From: Candidatus Poribacteria bacterium
GTDB taxonomy: Bacteria; Poribacteria; WGA-4E; PCPOR2b
Length of the DNA: 64,000 nucleotides
Assembly (NCBI GenBank): GCA_965218095.1
Contig: OZ244587.1
Span: forward strand, 5,312,001 to 5,376,000
Reading direction: 5' to 3'
Positions 1-9,574 of the stretch are shown here, in pieces. Below the pieces are notes generated by a model. It was not told the origin of the DNA. It saw nothing but the letters and a program-made list of their open reading frames with translations, and ran no database searches. How positions within the stretch are numbered: position 1 is the stretch's first letter; each line of letters starts with the position of its first letter. Position numbers and translations under genes: made by a program.

Positions 1-546
1 CTCGGCGCCGAGGAGACGCGGCGTATCTCACTTGGAGGCGCAGTCAAATTCTTAAATTGGGACACGGCGCCGACAATCGGAGCAGACGGCGCCGTTGTGG
101 AAGATTTGCCGGGGCGTAGTCAGTTGAGCCTGGATGTCGGGGTAATCTTTCGTCCAGCCCCAAGTATTCCGATAGCTCTATCCCTCCAGAATCTCAATAC
201 CCCCAACATCGCTTCGACCGATTCGCCCGTAACAGAGAATCTCCCGCTGCAGGTGACGCTCGGTATCGGTATTTCTGGGCAAGACACCATATGGGGAATG
301 GATCTCGTTTTCAAAGGAAGCCAGGTTGATGTTAAGGTCGGTATCGAGCGCCAGTTTAATAGGGAGAGTCTGATTGTGCGTGGTGGATTCCGGTTGGAGA
401 ATCTGGCATGGGGAACAAATCTGACGCTTGGCGGTGGGTATCGCCCGTACAAAAGCATCCGCATTGACTACGGCTTCCTTTTTCCCATCGGCGGAATCGA
501 GGACACTTATGGCAGCCATCGGTTTAGCATCGTGTACGATTTCTGA
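1..546 (+). CDS. C-terminal part of an outer-membrane beta-barrel protein (PorV/PorP-SprF-like), 5' end outside window
   Basis: Frame 1 is open from base 1. Alternating beta-strand pattern (SLDVGVIF, GGFRL, RIDYGF, SHRFSIVYDF) ending in a terminal Phe. Confidence 0.65.
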   Translation, partial: LGAEETRRISLGGAVKFLNWDTAPTIGADGAVVEDLPGRSQLSLDVGVIFRPAPSIPIALSLQNLNTPNIASTDSPVTENLPLQVTLGIGISGQDTIWGMDLVFKGSQVDVKVGIERQFNRESLIVRGGFRLENLAWGTNLTLGGGYRPYKSIRIDYGFLFPIGGIEDTYGSHRFSIVYDF

Positions 547-569
547 AACGCCATCAATCGAGTGAGGCA

Positions 570-1323
570 CTAAAAAAGAGTGAGTTGCCTTTCCTTTATA
601 GGAGACCTATAAAAAATCACTTCTTTGCTTATTTTCCCAGTAACACCTTTTGAGTCTTTCAAGGGTTGAAAAGGTAAATAGTCCATATTCACCTTCACAA
701 AAAATGAGTTCCCCCTTTCTCTTTAGTGCCCATTCGGCCAAGTTCTTATAATCAAGCAGATCGCTTCCATGTCTATACCCTTTTCCCGGCGCTTTTCTAT
801 AAGGTGGCTCAATAAACCAGGTTGCTTCAATATCCGGAGCTTCGGTATAATCCCCACAAATAATTCGCCAGTGCTTTACCTTAAATAGATTATTCGCCAT
901 ATACCGCTTACTTATGCTCCAATTCCTTGACAGAATTGGAGTGATTTTGATCGTCCGATAGTAAAAAGCCATTTTGGTTGCAGCATGTATAATATGTAGA
1001 AACTCAGAACTCTTTTCTCCAATCTTCAAATCTGGCATTCTTAATATCTCTTCGGGTGTTGCTTTCGCAATTAACCATTGCCATAGGCTCGCTACTCTTT
1101 CATCCTTCTCTATTAAAATAACGTTCTTCCTCCAATTATCTCCATGTAACGAGTATGCTGCTGAACCCGCAAAAGGTTCAATGATATTATCAAAATTCGG
1201 ATCAGGATAGTACCTGACTATCTGTTTTTTTCGACCGTAGTAGTAAAACATCTTCTTTATCAGTGGGCTTTGACCTACCAGAATTTTATAGGACGCGGAC
1301 TTGATTTGTTCAATTATTGCCAT
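570..1323 (-). pseudogene. Dam/D12-like DNA adenine methyltransferase, frameshifted near 3' end
   Basis: YYGRK and IEPFAGS (motif I); motif IV reads EPPY instead of DPPY. After FCEGEYG (~685) another frame continues DYLPFQPLKDSKGVTGKISKEVIFYRSPIKERQLTLF* to TAG at 570-572. Confidence 0.7.
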
Positions 1324-1412
1324 CTTCTACCTGAAATGACAATATCTTTCCATATTTCCGCTGGTATTCTTTTTTATCAAGAATTACAGTCCATCCTGCT
1401 CCCATCTTTCTC
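1310..1412 (-). pseudogene. 3' remnant of a gene truncated by IS3, overlapping the methyltransferase start
   Basis: Open frame RKMGAGWTVILDKKEYQRKYGKILSFQVEDGNN* starts at the IS end, and its stop overlaps the MTase 5' end. Confidence 0.4.
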
Positions 1413-1491
1413 TATAATGGTCCCCAATATTCGGGCCAGGAGTTAAGTAAGAAATAACGTCTAACTCCCGTCCACCAATGGAGGTCTGAAT

Positions 1492-1782
1492 ATGTCAACC
1501 AAACGGATTCGGCATACTGCCAAATTCAAGTTTCAAATAGCCGTTGAAGCCATCAAGCCCGATAAAACTATCAACCAATTGGCAAGCGAGCATCAGTTGC
1601 ACCCAAGCCAAATCAGCCAATGGAAGAAACAGTTGCTTGAACAAGGTAGCGATATTTTCGCTACCAACCCGACCCAGCGACAGCGTGAGCAAAATGACAG
1701 GGAGTCGAGCCTGTATGAGCAAATGGGGCGGTTGAATATGGAACTCGACTGGTTGAAAAAAAAAGCTGCCTCAAGCCGCTGA
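1492..1782 (+). CDS. IS3 transposase OrfA (HTH)
   Basis: KFKFQIAVEAIK...QLASEHQLHPSQISQWKKQ...LDWLKKK. Confidence 0.9.
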   Translation: MSTKRIRHTAKFKFQIAVEAIKPDKTINQLASEHQLHPSQISQWKKQLLEQGSDIFATNPTQRQREQNDRESSLYEQMGRLNMELDWLKKKAASSR

Positions 1783-2589
1783 ACAGAGACGGGCACTCGT
1801 TGAACCCGACCACCTGAAACTGAGTATCCGTCGTCAGTGTGAATTGCTCGGTTTTTCCCGGTCAACCCTCTACTGTCAACCGGCTACAGAGTCAGCAGAC
1901 AATCTGCATCTGATGAGACAAATAGATGAGCACTATCTGCAAACCCCTTTCTATGGGAGTCGTCGAATGACACAACATCTTAAGCGGCTTGGCTACCGTG
2001 TGAACCGCAAACGCATCAGGCGACTCATGCGTTTGATGGGCATAGAAGCGATTTATCCCAACTCACCCATCAACAGCGAGCATCGGATTTATCCGTACCT
2101 ATTACGTGACTATGAGGTGACAGCCTCCAATCAGGTCTGGTCGACTGACATTACATATATCCCGATGAATAAAGGGTTTATGTATTGGGTTGTGATACTC
2201 GACTGGTATAGTCGTTACGTCATCACTTGGGAACTATCTAATAGTTTAGAGGGTCAGTTCTGTCTTGATGCCTTGCATCAAGCATTATGTGGGGCAACCC
2301 CTACCATCTTCAATACCGACAAGGCGTCCAGTTTACAGCCAATGCTTTCATCGATACCATCGAAGCCGCTGGCATTGCTATGAGTATGGACAGCGTGGGG
2401 AGAGCCATTGACAACATTTACATTGAGCGGTTTTGGCGAAGCGTCAAGTATGAAGATGTTTATCACAAACTTTACCAAACAGGGCAAGCCCTGTTTGATG
2501 GATTAACTCAATATATCCGTTTCTATAATCAACAGCGACCTCACCAGAGTCTAAATTATGCTACCCCGGCTGAGGTCTATCTGAGCTAA
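1782..2589 (+). pseudogene. IS3 transposase OrfB (DDE integrase core), frameshifted
   Basis: WSTDITYI, FNTD then a frameshift (~2320), DNIYIERFW in the second frame; 9-bp deletion relative to copy 2 (YPNSP vs YPKPKLSP). Confidence 0.85.
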
Positions 2590-2831
2590 AGCAGTGTCAG
2601 TTTATCTCAAATATCTTACTTATTTTTCCTGTGTTTTGGCCTCGACAATGGGTCCACTTTAGTGGAAGCATGGACGGGTGATGAAAAGCAGTAGTTTCGG
2701 ATTTCGGCGGTTCTGGAAGGCGTGTTTGTTGGCATCAAATGAACGAGACGATTTTCCTGATGGATGTGGGGAATTATACTTCATAATTGCTTCAAACGTG
2801 AGGCGTATTGCACAAAACATAAGGGCTCATG

Positions 2832-2866
2832 TTAACTTGACAATGTTAAATTAGACGTCAAGTTAA
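2832..2866. promoter_or_regulatory. Perfect 10-bp inverted repeat, putative operator overlapping TTGACA
   Basis: TTAACTTGAC-N15-GTCAAGTTAA; TTGACA at 2837-2842. Confidence 0.45.
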
Positions 2867-3097
2867 GTAATTTTCAAAAATAAAACTCGTGCAAAGGAAA
2901 AATCCGGATCAGTAATTTCGATGTTTCTCTGACGCTTTCGCATTTTTTCAACACGCAACCGGTCAGGTAGTCGCGTAAACTGACAGTGCTTTAGCCATAG
3001 TACAGGTGAAACCCCAATCACGTTTCATCGTATATTCTGTCATAGGAATGATGGCTCATAATCATAATCGAAACGATTGATATTAGGAGAAAAACAC

Positions 3098-3253
3098 ATG
3101 TTCAACGGTATTGAACTCATGTTGGGAGCGGTTTGCTCAATTATGGGAATCGGCGGTGGATACCTTCTTCTCACTACTGTTTTCGCTGGCATCCAGTTAA
3201 TCTCTAAACGTCGCGGGTTGGAAGCAGAGGTTGAGAAAAATCTTGACACCTGA
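3098..3253 (+). CDS. Small 51-aa single-pass membrane protein (not in ORF track)
   Basis: AGGAGA RBS 7 nt before ATG; MFNGIELMLGAVCSIMGIGGGYLLLTTVFAGIQLISKRRGLEAEVEKNLDT*; hydrophobic segment followed by KRR. Confidence 0.6.
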   Translation: MFNGIELMLGAVCSIMGIGGGYLLLTTVFAGIQLISKRRGLEAEVEKNLDT

Positions 3254-3360
3254 AACTCTCTTTGGGTAGCATATTACGCTGTTTCTGCATTTATTCCTTC
3301 TAACTTTTGTCCTCCGTTTATGAAAAAGAGGGAAATCCATCTTTAACCGGTGGCTTATTC

Positions 3361-4065
3361 ATGCATTATAAGCAACTCCACCCATGGGACATAACACCCG
3401 CCGAAGCACGCCAGATCCAAAACAAACTCCGTGATCAGGTCATACACGAAGACCAGTTCGGGGAGATCAAGACGGTCGCCGGGGTCGATCTCGGTTTCAG
3501 GAAAGACATCGCACGTGCATCGGTTATCGTGTTGAGCTTTCCAGAGTTGCAATTGATTGATGGTGTCCTCGTTGAAAGCCCGGTTGGTTTCCCTTACATT
3601 CCGGGCTTGTTATCTTTCCGCGAAACACCTCCCCTTCTCAAAGCTTTTGATCAACTAAATACTGAACCGGATCTCGTTATCGCTGATGGGCAAGGCATCG
3701 CTCATCCAAGGCGTTTTGGAATTGCGTCACACCTGGGGTTAATTTTGGACAAACCCGCCATTGGTTGTGCCAAATCCCGTTTATGGGGAAGACACAAAGA
3801 ACCAAAGCCTGAGGCGGGCTCAATTGAGTATTTGTACGACAGGGACGAAATTATCGGCGCAGCCGTTCGCACAAGATTTAACGTCAATGTCGTGTATGTT
3901 TCGATTGGGCATCGTGTCTCTTTGGATTCAGCAATCCGGTTTACACTGGCGTGTCGTCGGAATTACAGACTACCTGAAACAACACGATATGCGCATCAGG
4001 TTGCAGCGGGTAATATTTCATTGCCCCAAAAGGTTGAAGACGAGGAACAACTTACACTGTTTTAA
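3361..4065 (+). CDS. nfi: Endonuclease V (deoxyinosine 3' endonuclease)
   Basis: VAGVD, FPYIPGLLSFRE, DGQGIAHPRRFGIASH, IGCAKS, SIGH, YRLPETTR. Confidence 0.95.
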   Translation: MHYKQLHPWDITPAEARQIQNKLRDQVIHEDQFGEIKTVAGVDLGFRKDIARASVIVLSFPELQLIDGVLVESPVGFPYIPGLLSFRETPPLLKAFDQLNTEPDLVIADGQGIAHPRRFGIASHLGLILDKPAIGCAKSRLWGRHKEPKPEAGSIEYLYDRDEIIGAAVRTRFNVNVVYVSIGHRVSLDSAIRFTLACRRNYRLPETTRYAHQVAAGNISLPQKVEDEEQLTLF

Positions 4066-4295
4066 TATTGCAGGCCGGGCTGCAAAGGAAAGGAAGGATG
4101 GTGCGTTTCACGTTTCACACATTCTCCCAATGGATTTGTTGATAATGTGAAGTGGCAGATAGATAACATACAAATCAACGGGACATGGCATTTCGTTAAA
4201 CCGGTTCAAAAGGTAATATAATGGTCCCCTATATTCGGTCCAGGAGTTAAGTAAGAAATTAGGTCTAACTCACCCCCGTAAATGGAGGATTAAAT

Positions 4296-4586
4296 ATGTC
4301 AACAAAGCGGATTCGGCATACTGCCAAATTCAAGTTTCAAATTGCACTTAAAGCCATCAAGTCAGACAAAAGTATCAACCAACTGGCAAGCGACCACCAG
4401 TTGCACCCAAGCCAAATCAGCCAGTGGAAGAAACAGTTGCTTGAACATGGGAGCGATATTTGCGCTTCCAGTCTGAGTAAGCAACAACGCGAGCAAAATG
4501 ACAGAGAGTCGAATCTGTATGAGCAAATGGGGCGGTTGAATATGGAACTCGACTGGTTGAAAAAAAAAGCTGCTTCAAGCCGCTGA
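4296..4586 (+). CDS. IS3 transposase OrfA
   Basis: Paralogue of 1492-1782. Confidence 0.9.
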   Translation: MSTKRIRHTAKFKFQIALKAIKSDKSINQLASDHQLHPSQISQWKKQLLEHGSDICASSLSKQQREQNDRESNLYEQMGRLNMELDWLKKKAASSR

Positions 4587-4629
4587 ACAGAGACGGGCAC
4601 TCGTTGAACCTGACCACCCCAAACTGAGT

Positions 4630-5403
4630 ATGCGTCGTCAGTGTCAGTTGCTGGCGGTCTCTCGGTCAACGCTCTACTACCCACCCGCTGCAGAGTCGGA
4701 AGACAATCTGCATCTGATGCGGCAAATAGATGAGCAGTATATGGAAACACCTTTCTATGGGAGTCGCCGAATGACAGCGCATCTGAAGCGTCTTGGCTAC
4801 CGTGTGAATCGCAAACGCATCAGGCGACTCATGCGTTTGATGGGCATAGAAGCAATTTATCCCAAACCCAAGCTCTCACCCATTAACAGCGAGCATCGGA
4901 TTTATCCATACCTATTACGTGACTATGAGGTGACAGCCTCCAATCAAGTCTGGTTGGCTGACATTACATATATCCCGATGAATAAAGGGTTTATGTATTG
5001 GGTTGCGATACTCGACTGGTATAGTCGTTACGTCATCACTTGGGAGTTATCCAATAGTTTAGCGGGTCAGTTCTGTCTCGACGCCTTGCATCAAGCATTA
5101 TGTGAGGCAACCCTTGCAATCTTCAATACCGACCAAGGTATCCAGTTTACCGCCAATGCTTTCACCGATACCATCGAAGCCGCTGGCATTGCTATGAGTA
5201 TCGATAGCGTGGGTCGGGCCATTGACAACATTTACATCAAGCGGTTTTGGCGTTCGGTCAAGTATGAAGATGTTTACCAGAAACTGTACCCGACGGGACA
5301 AGCCCTTTTTGATGGATTAACTCATTATATGCGTTTCTATAATGAGAAGCGACCTCACCAGAGTCTCGATTATGCGACGCCGGCTGAGGTGTATCTCGGC
5401 TAA
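4630..5403 (+). CDS. IS3 transposase OrfB (third catalytic residue appears E->K)
   Basis: WLADITYI, NTDQG, DNIYIKRFW (copy 1 has DNIYIERFW). Confidence 0.85.
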   Translation: MRRQCQLLAVSRSTLYYPPAAESEDNLHLMRQIDEQYMETPFYGSRRMTAHLKRLGYRVNRKRIRRLMRLMGIEAIYPKPKLSPINSEHRIYPYLLRDYEVTASNQVWLADITYIPMNKGFMYWVAILDWYSRYVITWELSNSLAGQFCLDALHQALCEATLAIFNTDQGIQFTANAFTDTIEAAGIAMSIDSVGRAIDNIYIKRFWRSVKYEDVYQKLYPTGQALFDGLTHYMRFYNEKRPHQSLDYATPAEVYLG

Positions 5404-5478
5404 AGCAGTGTCGGTGACTCTCAATCATCTTACTTATTTATCCATTATTTTGGACTGGACAATGGGTCCACTTTAGTC

Positions 5479-5590
5479 CTACTCCAGCCCTCTTGTCTTG
5501 ATGAAGTGATACAGTGTCAACTTGTGAACACCTGTTACCTTCGCTATCAATGCTTGACGAGTACCTTTCAATTTTTATCCTTCTTTCCCC
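5479..5590 (-). pseudogene. Possible C-terminal HTH remnant of a serine resolvase/invertase
   Basis: Alternative frame GKEG*KLKGTRQALIAKVTGVHKLTLYHFIKTRGLE* resembles the resolvase-tail pattern IAKxxGVxxxTLYxFI. Confidence 0.4.
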
Positions 5591-5634
5591 CTCGGCATTA
5601 AAGAGGTAAACATCGTCGGCTATAATACGAATTT

Positions 5635-8600
5635 TCATACCAATGCCGCACTGCAAATAATTTTTGGAACGGATTCATTCTCAAGTTGAGCATCCCGCTG
5701 CCTCGATTCCCACTCCCCCATGTTATGTTGGTGGTAAAGGTCGATCAGATTTTGCAATAATGCGTTTCCTGTCACACCATTTCGACGTAGTAAATTGAGT
5801 TCTTGATTCACGGCGTTCGTAATTGTCCCGCGGAACGCCTTTTCCAATGTGTCCGCTTGAGCAGAGATATCTTCATCTGGCGCGTTCCTAAAAATAAGTT
5901 GCAATTCCTTTAGCACGTACCGTTGCGCTTGCGTCAGGGAAAGTGTGTGCTTGCGTTCCGATTGCAGGTCTCTGATTTCTTGAGTGAATAACCGCTTGAC
6001 CCCCATAATGACCGCGTTGTAATCCGTAGGCAACTCGCCCCCGGAAAGTTCCGGTTCGCACTTGATATAACTGAGGATGCGGGAGATGTCTCTGGAGATG
6101 ATACCGCCTTTTTCGTCCAGAAGGAATAGTTGCTGATAACGCCCTGCTTGACAAAACAGATAGGTCCCTTGTGAACCTTTTGGCATTGCTGTGCGAATCC
6201 CGTCTCTCAGATTCGCAATTCGCTCATACTCCGCCGGGTCCTCATGCCGCAGCTGCCTCAGAATCTCTTCGGCTTCGTTGAGATCTATTGCCTTTTCATC
6301 TTCGGCGTTTTCAAACAGGCTCAACTGTTCGCCTTCCCCCTCATAGATGGCATACATCGCTGTTTCGTTAAGTTGTTCTGATTTATCGAGGATAGCCGCG
6401 TCCTCGCCAATCGTATCGTGAATCTCTTGGATGCGATGATGAAGGATCTGTTGCAGCCCCAAATTTTGTTCGATGCCGGTTTCTGGCAGAAAGTTGAAGC
6501 CGTAAATCACATCGTGCTTGCTCCCGATACGGTCAATGCGCCCGAATCGCTGAATCAGCCGCACGGGATTCCAGTGGAGGTCGTAGTTAATAATTTTGTC
6601 GCCGTCCTGTAGGTTCAGTCCTTCCGCTAGCACGTCGGTGGCGATGAGGGTGAACAATTCCGACTCCCCACCCTGAAATTGGTACTCTGGATTTGCTTTC
6701 GGCGCGAAACGCCCCACTGCTCGTTCTTTGCTTTTGTCACCGCTATAGATCACGTCAACCTCATCCCGTTTGCCATCGGGGTTGAGATTTTCAAACAGAT
6801 AACGCGCCGTATCTGCATATTGGGTGAAGATTAGGCATTTTCCCTCGTTAAGTGGCGGTTCTGCCAAGTGCTGTTTGAGGATTTGCAGCTTAGCATCTTG
6901 CACGGCGGTGATTGGTGATACAAGTTCCGACATCCCTCGTAGTAACTGGAGGTCATGCTCAATATCTGCACGCAGTGCTTCGATTTTGAAATCCGCAATG
7001 TCGTATCGTGCTGAAGCCTGCCTCAACGCATCCATCAAGTCCTGTTCCTCTGCCTCGTTGGGTTCGTAGAGAATTGCTTGCGCTTCTTCACCGGCGGGGA
7101 CAATGCCACCTTCAAGGGCTTCGAGAAAGCGTTCGTGGACTGCCAACAACCGACGCACCGTCTGCTTAAAAGCGTACACGCTGGATTCAAATCGCTTGAA
7201 CAGGAGTATCCGCATCAGCCCACGCAGGTTGATCCCTGACCGTTGCAGGTTGGTATAAGGTTCTTGTTTCTGCTTTGCCTCGATCACGTAGTTCCAAAGT
7301 CCATAACGGGCATAGGTTAATTCGCCAGCCGAGGAGGAGTTCAATTGGCTGCTGCGCGGTTTTCCTATATGTTCCCGCAGCTTAAAGTAAAGTCCCTGAT
7401 AGGTGTCCTCGATATTGTAGGAGATGGTTTCCAAGACACGCTTGGGGAAGAACTGCTTTTTTCCACCGACAACAACGTAAGCCTTTCGATGTCCATCAAG
7501 GTATTCCTGAAATCGGGATGGATCAACGGGGTGATCGGTCCCCTCATCGAAACCGTACCAGCGCAAGATGTGATTGCGGGTGCGTCGGATGAGGATATTC
7601 CTCAACAGGTCGGGGAGATTTTTTTCTCGCTTCTCAATCTGGCGAAAGTACGTCCGCAGGTTGGGCGGATCGATTGGCAAATCGGTGATGTCGTTGTGAT
7701 GAAAAAGTTTAATCTGGTGGTATATGTCCCAAGCGCTCTTGTTGCGTGGTGTCGCTGTAAGAAAACAACATCGTCGTCTAGTGGCTAAGAAGGTCTGCAA
7801 CACTTTGTAGCGTTGCGTGTCGGGGTGGCGGAAGTTATGGCTCTCGTCAACCAGTACGAAATTCCGGTCGCGGTATATCACGTCACCAAGAATTGTAGAG
7901 GCGGTGCTGTGCACCTGCTCACCCTGTCCACCGTCACCTTCTCGTAAAACTCCCATAGAAAGCACACGGGCGTTGAGTTGGTAGACCTCATTGTAGCGTT
8001 CCCACATTTCGATCAACGGGGCAGGGCAGATAATCAGTGGACGTGCATTTTCCGTCCGTTCAAAATACTTAACAATCGCTGCACCGATGTAGCTTTTACC
8101 GAGACCGACCACATCTGAGACAAAGGCTCCGCCGTAATCGCGAATAATCTGCACCGCCTGTCGGACAGCAACTTTCTGAAAATCCGCTAACTGTTTGATA
8201 ATGTCATCCACCCAAAGTATGTCCGCCTCATCCTCCCCTTCGAGTCGGTCTTTAACCAGCTCATAAAGTGTCTTCATGTAAATATCATAGGGTCTGACGG
8301 GGGCAATCGCCCAAGATGATTTCATTACCTCCATCAGGGATTCATCGAAGTCTTCCGCCTCATCCCAGAGCTCGTCGAACCAGCGACACAGTTCGGCGTG
8401 GTTGGCGTTCCCTTGAACCACAACGTTTAACTCGGTATTGTGGCTCACACCGGATAGCGTGAGGTTGGATGACCCCACAACGGCGATGCCCTTTTCGTAA
8501 CGTCCGTCTCCATCATAATCGAAGATGTAGGCTTTGGCGTGTAGCCGTCCTTTGGTATAGACGCGAGCAAGCAGCCGCTTTTCCGCTATCATCTTTGCCA

Positions 8601-8970
8601 ACGTTTTAATCAACGCTTCACTTTCGTCGGTCTGATCCATCAACTCGACCGACTCTATGATATTCTCTACGGTGTCTGCCCCCATCTGCCGACGTTCGGT
8701 TCGCTTGGGATAAGCCTGCGCTTCTGCAGCTTCTGCGACTTGCTCTAATCTGCGATACCCCTCGGCGAGCTGCTCCAACGTTTCACGATTGGTGGTGTTA
8801 CCGATCAGCAGGCGCAGTTCTTTGGCGTGCTGGAGTTCTTTCGCAATGCTTTGGAATCCCGACAGAAAAAAGTAGCCCACCGCGAATCTTGCTTTTTCAG
8901 TGGAGTCGAGGATGACGTTGATGTGCTCGACCAACTTTTCGTTGCGGTTGTCGATGATGTCGTGTTGCAT
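5635..8970 (-). CDS. SNF2-like SF2 helicase with N-terminal PLD (HKD) nuclease domain, R-M associated
   Basis: AVGYF, RLHAKAYIF, GSSNLT (PLD); DVVGLGKS, DESH, TATP, TDVLAEGLNLQD, QRFGRIDR (helicase). Confidence 0.9.
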   Translation of the reverse strand: MQHDIIDNRNEKLVEHINVILDSTEKARFAVGYFFLSGFQSIAKELQHAKELRLLIGNTTNRETLEQLAEGYRRLEQVAEAAEAQAYPKRTERRQMGADTVENIIESVELMDQTDESEALIKTLAKMIAEKRLLARVYTKGRLHAKAYIFDYDGDGRYEKGIAVVGSSNLTLSGVSHNTELNVVVQGNANHAELCRWFDELWDEAEDFDESLMEVMKSSWAIAPVRPYDIYMKTLYELVKDRLEGEDEADILWVDDIIKQLADFQKVAVRQAVQIIRDYGGAFVSDVVGLGKSYIGAAIVKYFERTENARPLIICPAPLIEMWERYNEVYQLNARVLSMGVLREGDGGQGEQVHSTASTILGDVIYRDRNFVLVDESHNFRHPDTQRYKVLQTFLATRRRCCFLTATPRNKSAWDIYHQIKLFHHNDITDLPIDPPNLRTYFRQIEKREKNLPDLLRNILIRRTRNHILRWYGFDEGTDHPVDPSRFQEYLDGHRKAYVVVGGKKQFFPKRVLETISYNIEDTYQGLYFKLREHIGKPRSSQLNSSSAGELTYARYGLWNYVIEAKQKQEPYTNLQRSGINLRGLMRILLFKRFESSVYAFKQTVRRLLAVHERFLEALEGGIVPAGEEAQAILYEPNEAEEQDLMDALRQASARYDIADFKIEALRADIEHDLQLLRGMSELVSPITAVQDAKLQILKQHLAEPPLNEGKCLIFTQYADTARYLFENLNPDGKRDEVDVIYSGDKSKERAVGRFAPKANPEYQFQGGESELFTLIATDVLAEGLNLQDGDKIINYDLHWNPVRLIQRFGRIDRIGSKHDVIYGFNFLPETGIEQNLGLQQILHHRIQEIHDTIGEDAAILDKSEQLNETAMYAIYEGEGEQLSLFENAEDEKAIDLNEAEEILRQLRHEDPAEYERIANLRDGIRTAMPKGSQGTYLFCQAGRYQQLFLLDEKGGIISRDISRILSYIKCEPELSGGELPTDYNAVIMGVKRLFTQEIRDLQSERKHTLSLTQAQRYVLKELQLIFRNAPDEDISAQADTLEKAFRGTITNAVNQELNLLRRNGVTGNALLQNLIDLYHQHNMGEWESRQRDAQLENESVPKIICSAALV

Positions 8971-9059
8971 GGATGCATCCTAGATCTTCTTGGAACGCGC
9001 AATCAATTGCGCTACTACAAGCCGTCAATTTGTCCAATCTTTCACTTGCAAGCCAGCCC

Positions 9060-9093
9060 CCGCTTGCTGTTGTAACTCTGCTTTTCGCATGGT
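9060..9093 (-). repeat. Gene-start scar copy 1 (MRKAELQQQA)
   Basis: 32/34 identical to 14672-14705; lies just after the NDT stop. Confidence 0.85.
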
Positions 9094-9098
9094 TGTTA

Positions 9099-9569
9099 TT
9101 ATTCCTTGGCCCAATCCACCAGTGCTTTATCGGGCGATGAAATATCGGCGATAGATGTGTAGTAGTAGCGTTCCCATCCGAGGCGGGGTAGGCCGGTGAA
9201 AATCATCAGGTTGAGTGGGTATTCATCACTATCGACGGCACGTCGAAAGTCGTCCCGAAATAGGAAGGTAGGCTTGCCGAGTGCGATCGCTATCCCTAGC
9301 TCAATCATGACTCCTTCATCTGGTGGCACTCCGTTCACGACCGCGAAAATCGCGTCTGCGTCGAATACATCCTGTTTATCCTTTTGTCCAATTCGGTATG
9401 CCCAGTCGGAGGATATTGTGTCTTGGTTGTTGCGTTCAAATGGCTCCCACACTTCTAAGCCAACCGCTTCCAATGCCTTAATGAGAGCGGGTAATATGGT
9501 TTCTCGTTGTTGCTCTGAGAAGCCGTAGGGGTTCGCAAGATATATTGTCTTTTTTTTGTTCACGGGCAT
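9099..9569 (-). CDS. Nucleoside 2-deoxyribosyltransferase family protein
   Basis: IYLANP, D..DVFDADAI, DEGVMIELGIAIALGKP, NLMI. Confidence 0.88.
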   Translation of the reverse strand: MPVNKKKTIYLANPYGFSEQQRETILPALIKALEAVGLEVWEPFERNNQDTISSDWAYRIGQKDKQDVFDADAIFAVVNGVPPDEGVMIELGIAIALGKPTFLFRDDFRRAVDSDEYPLNLMIFTGLPRLGWERYYYTSIADISSPDKALVDWAKE

Positions 9570-9574
9570 TGCTT

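Larger units (their letters stand above)
1413..2661 (+). mobile_element. IS3-family element, copy 1 (defective)
   Basis: Imperfect IRs TATAATGGTCCCC...TAAGTAAG / CTTACTTA...GGGTCCACTTTA; orfA and orfB; A9G slippery site at 1756-1765; no target duplication visible. Confidence 0.9.
4217..5475 (+). mobile_element. IS3-family element, copy 2 (diverged isoform)
   Basis: Same IR pattern as copy 1; orfA 4296-4586; orfB to 5403; A9G slippery site at 4560-4569. Confidence 0.9.

Noticed and set aside
1310-5638. One gene split by an IS3 composite transposon (5638-5476 joined to 1412-1310)
   Set aside because: Joining the flanks does not restore the open frame, there is no target duplication, and the right flank reads better as a resolvase-tail remnant.
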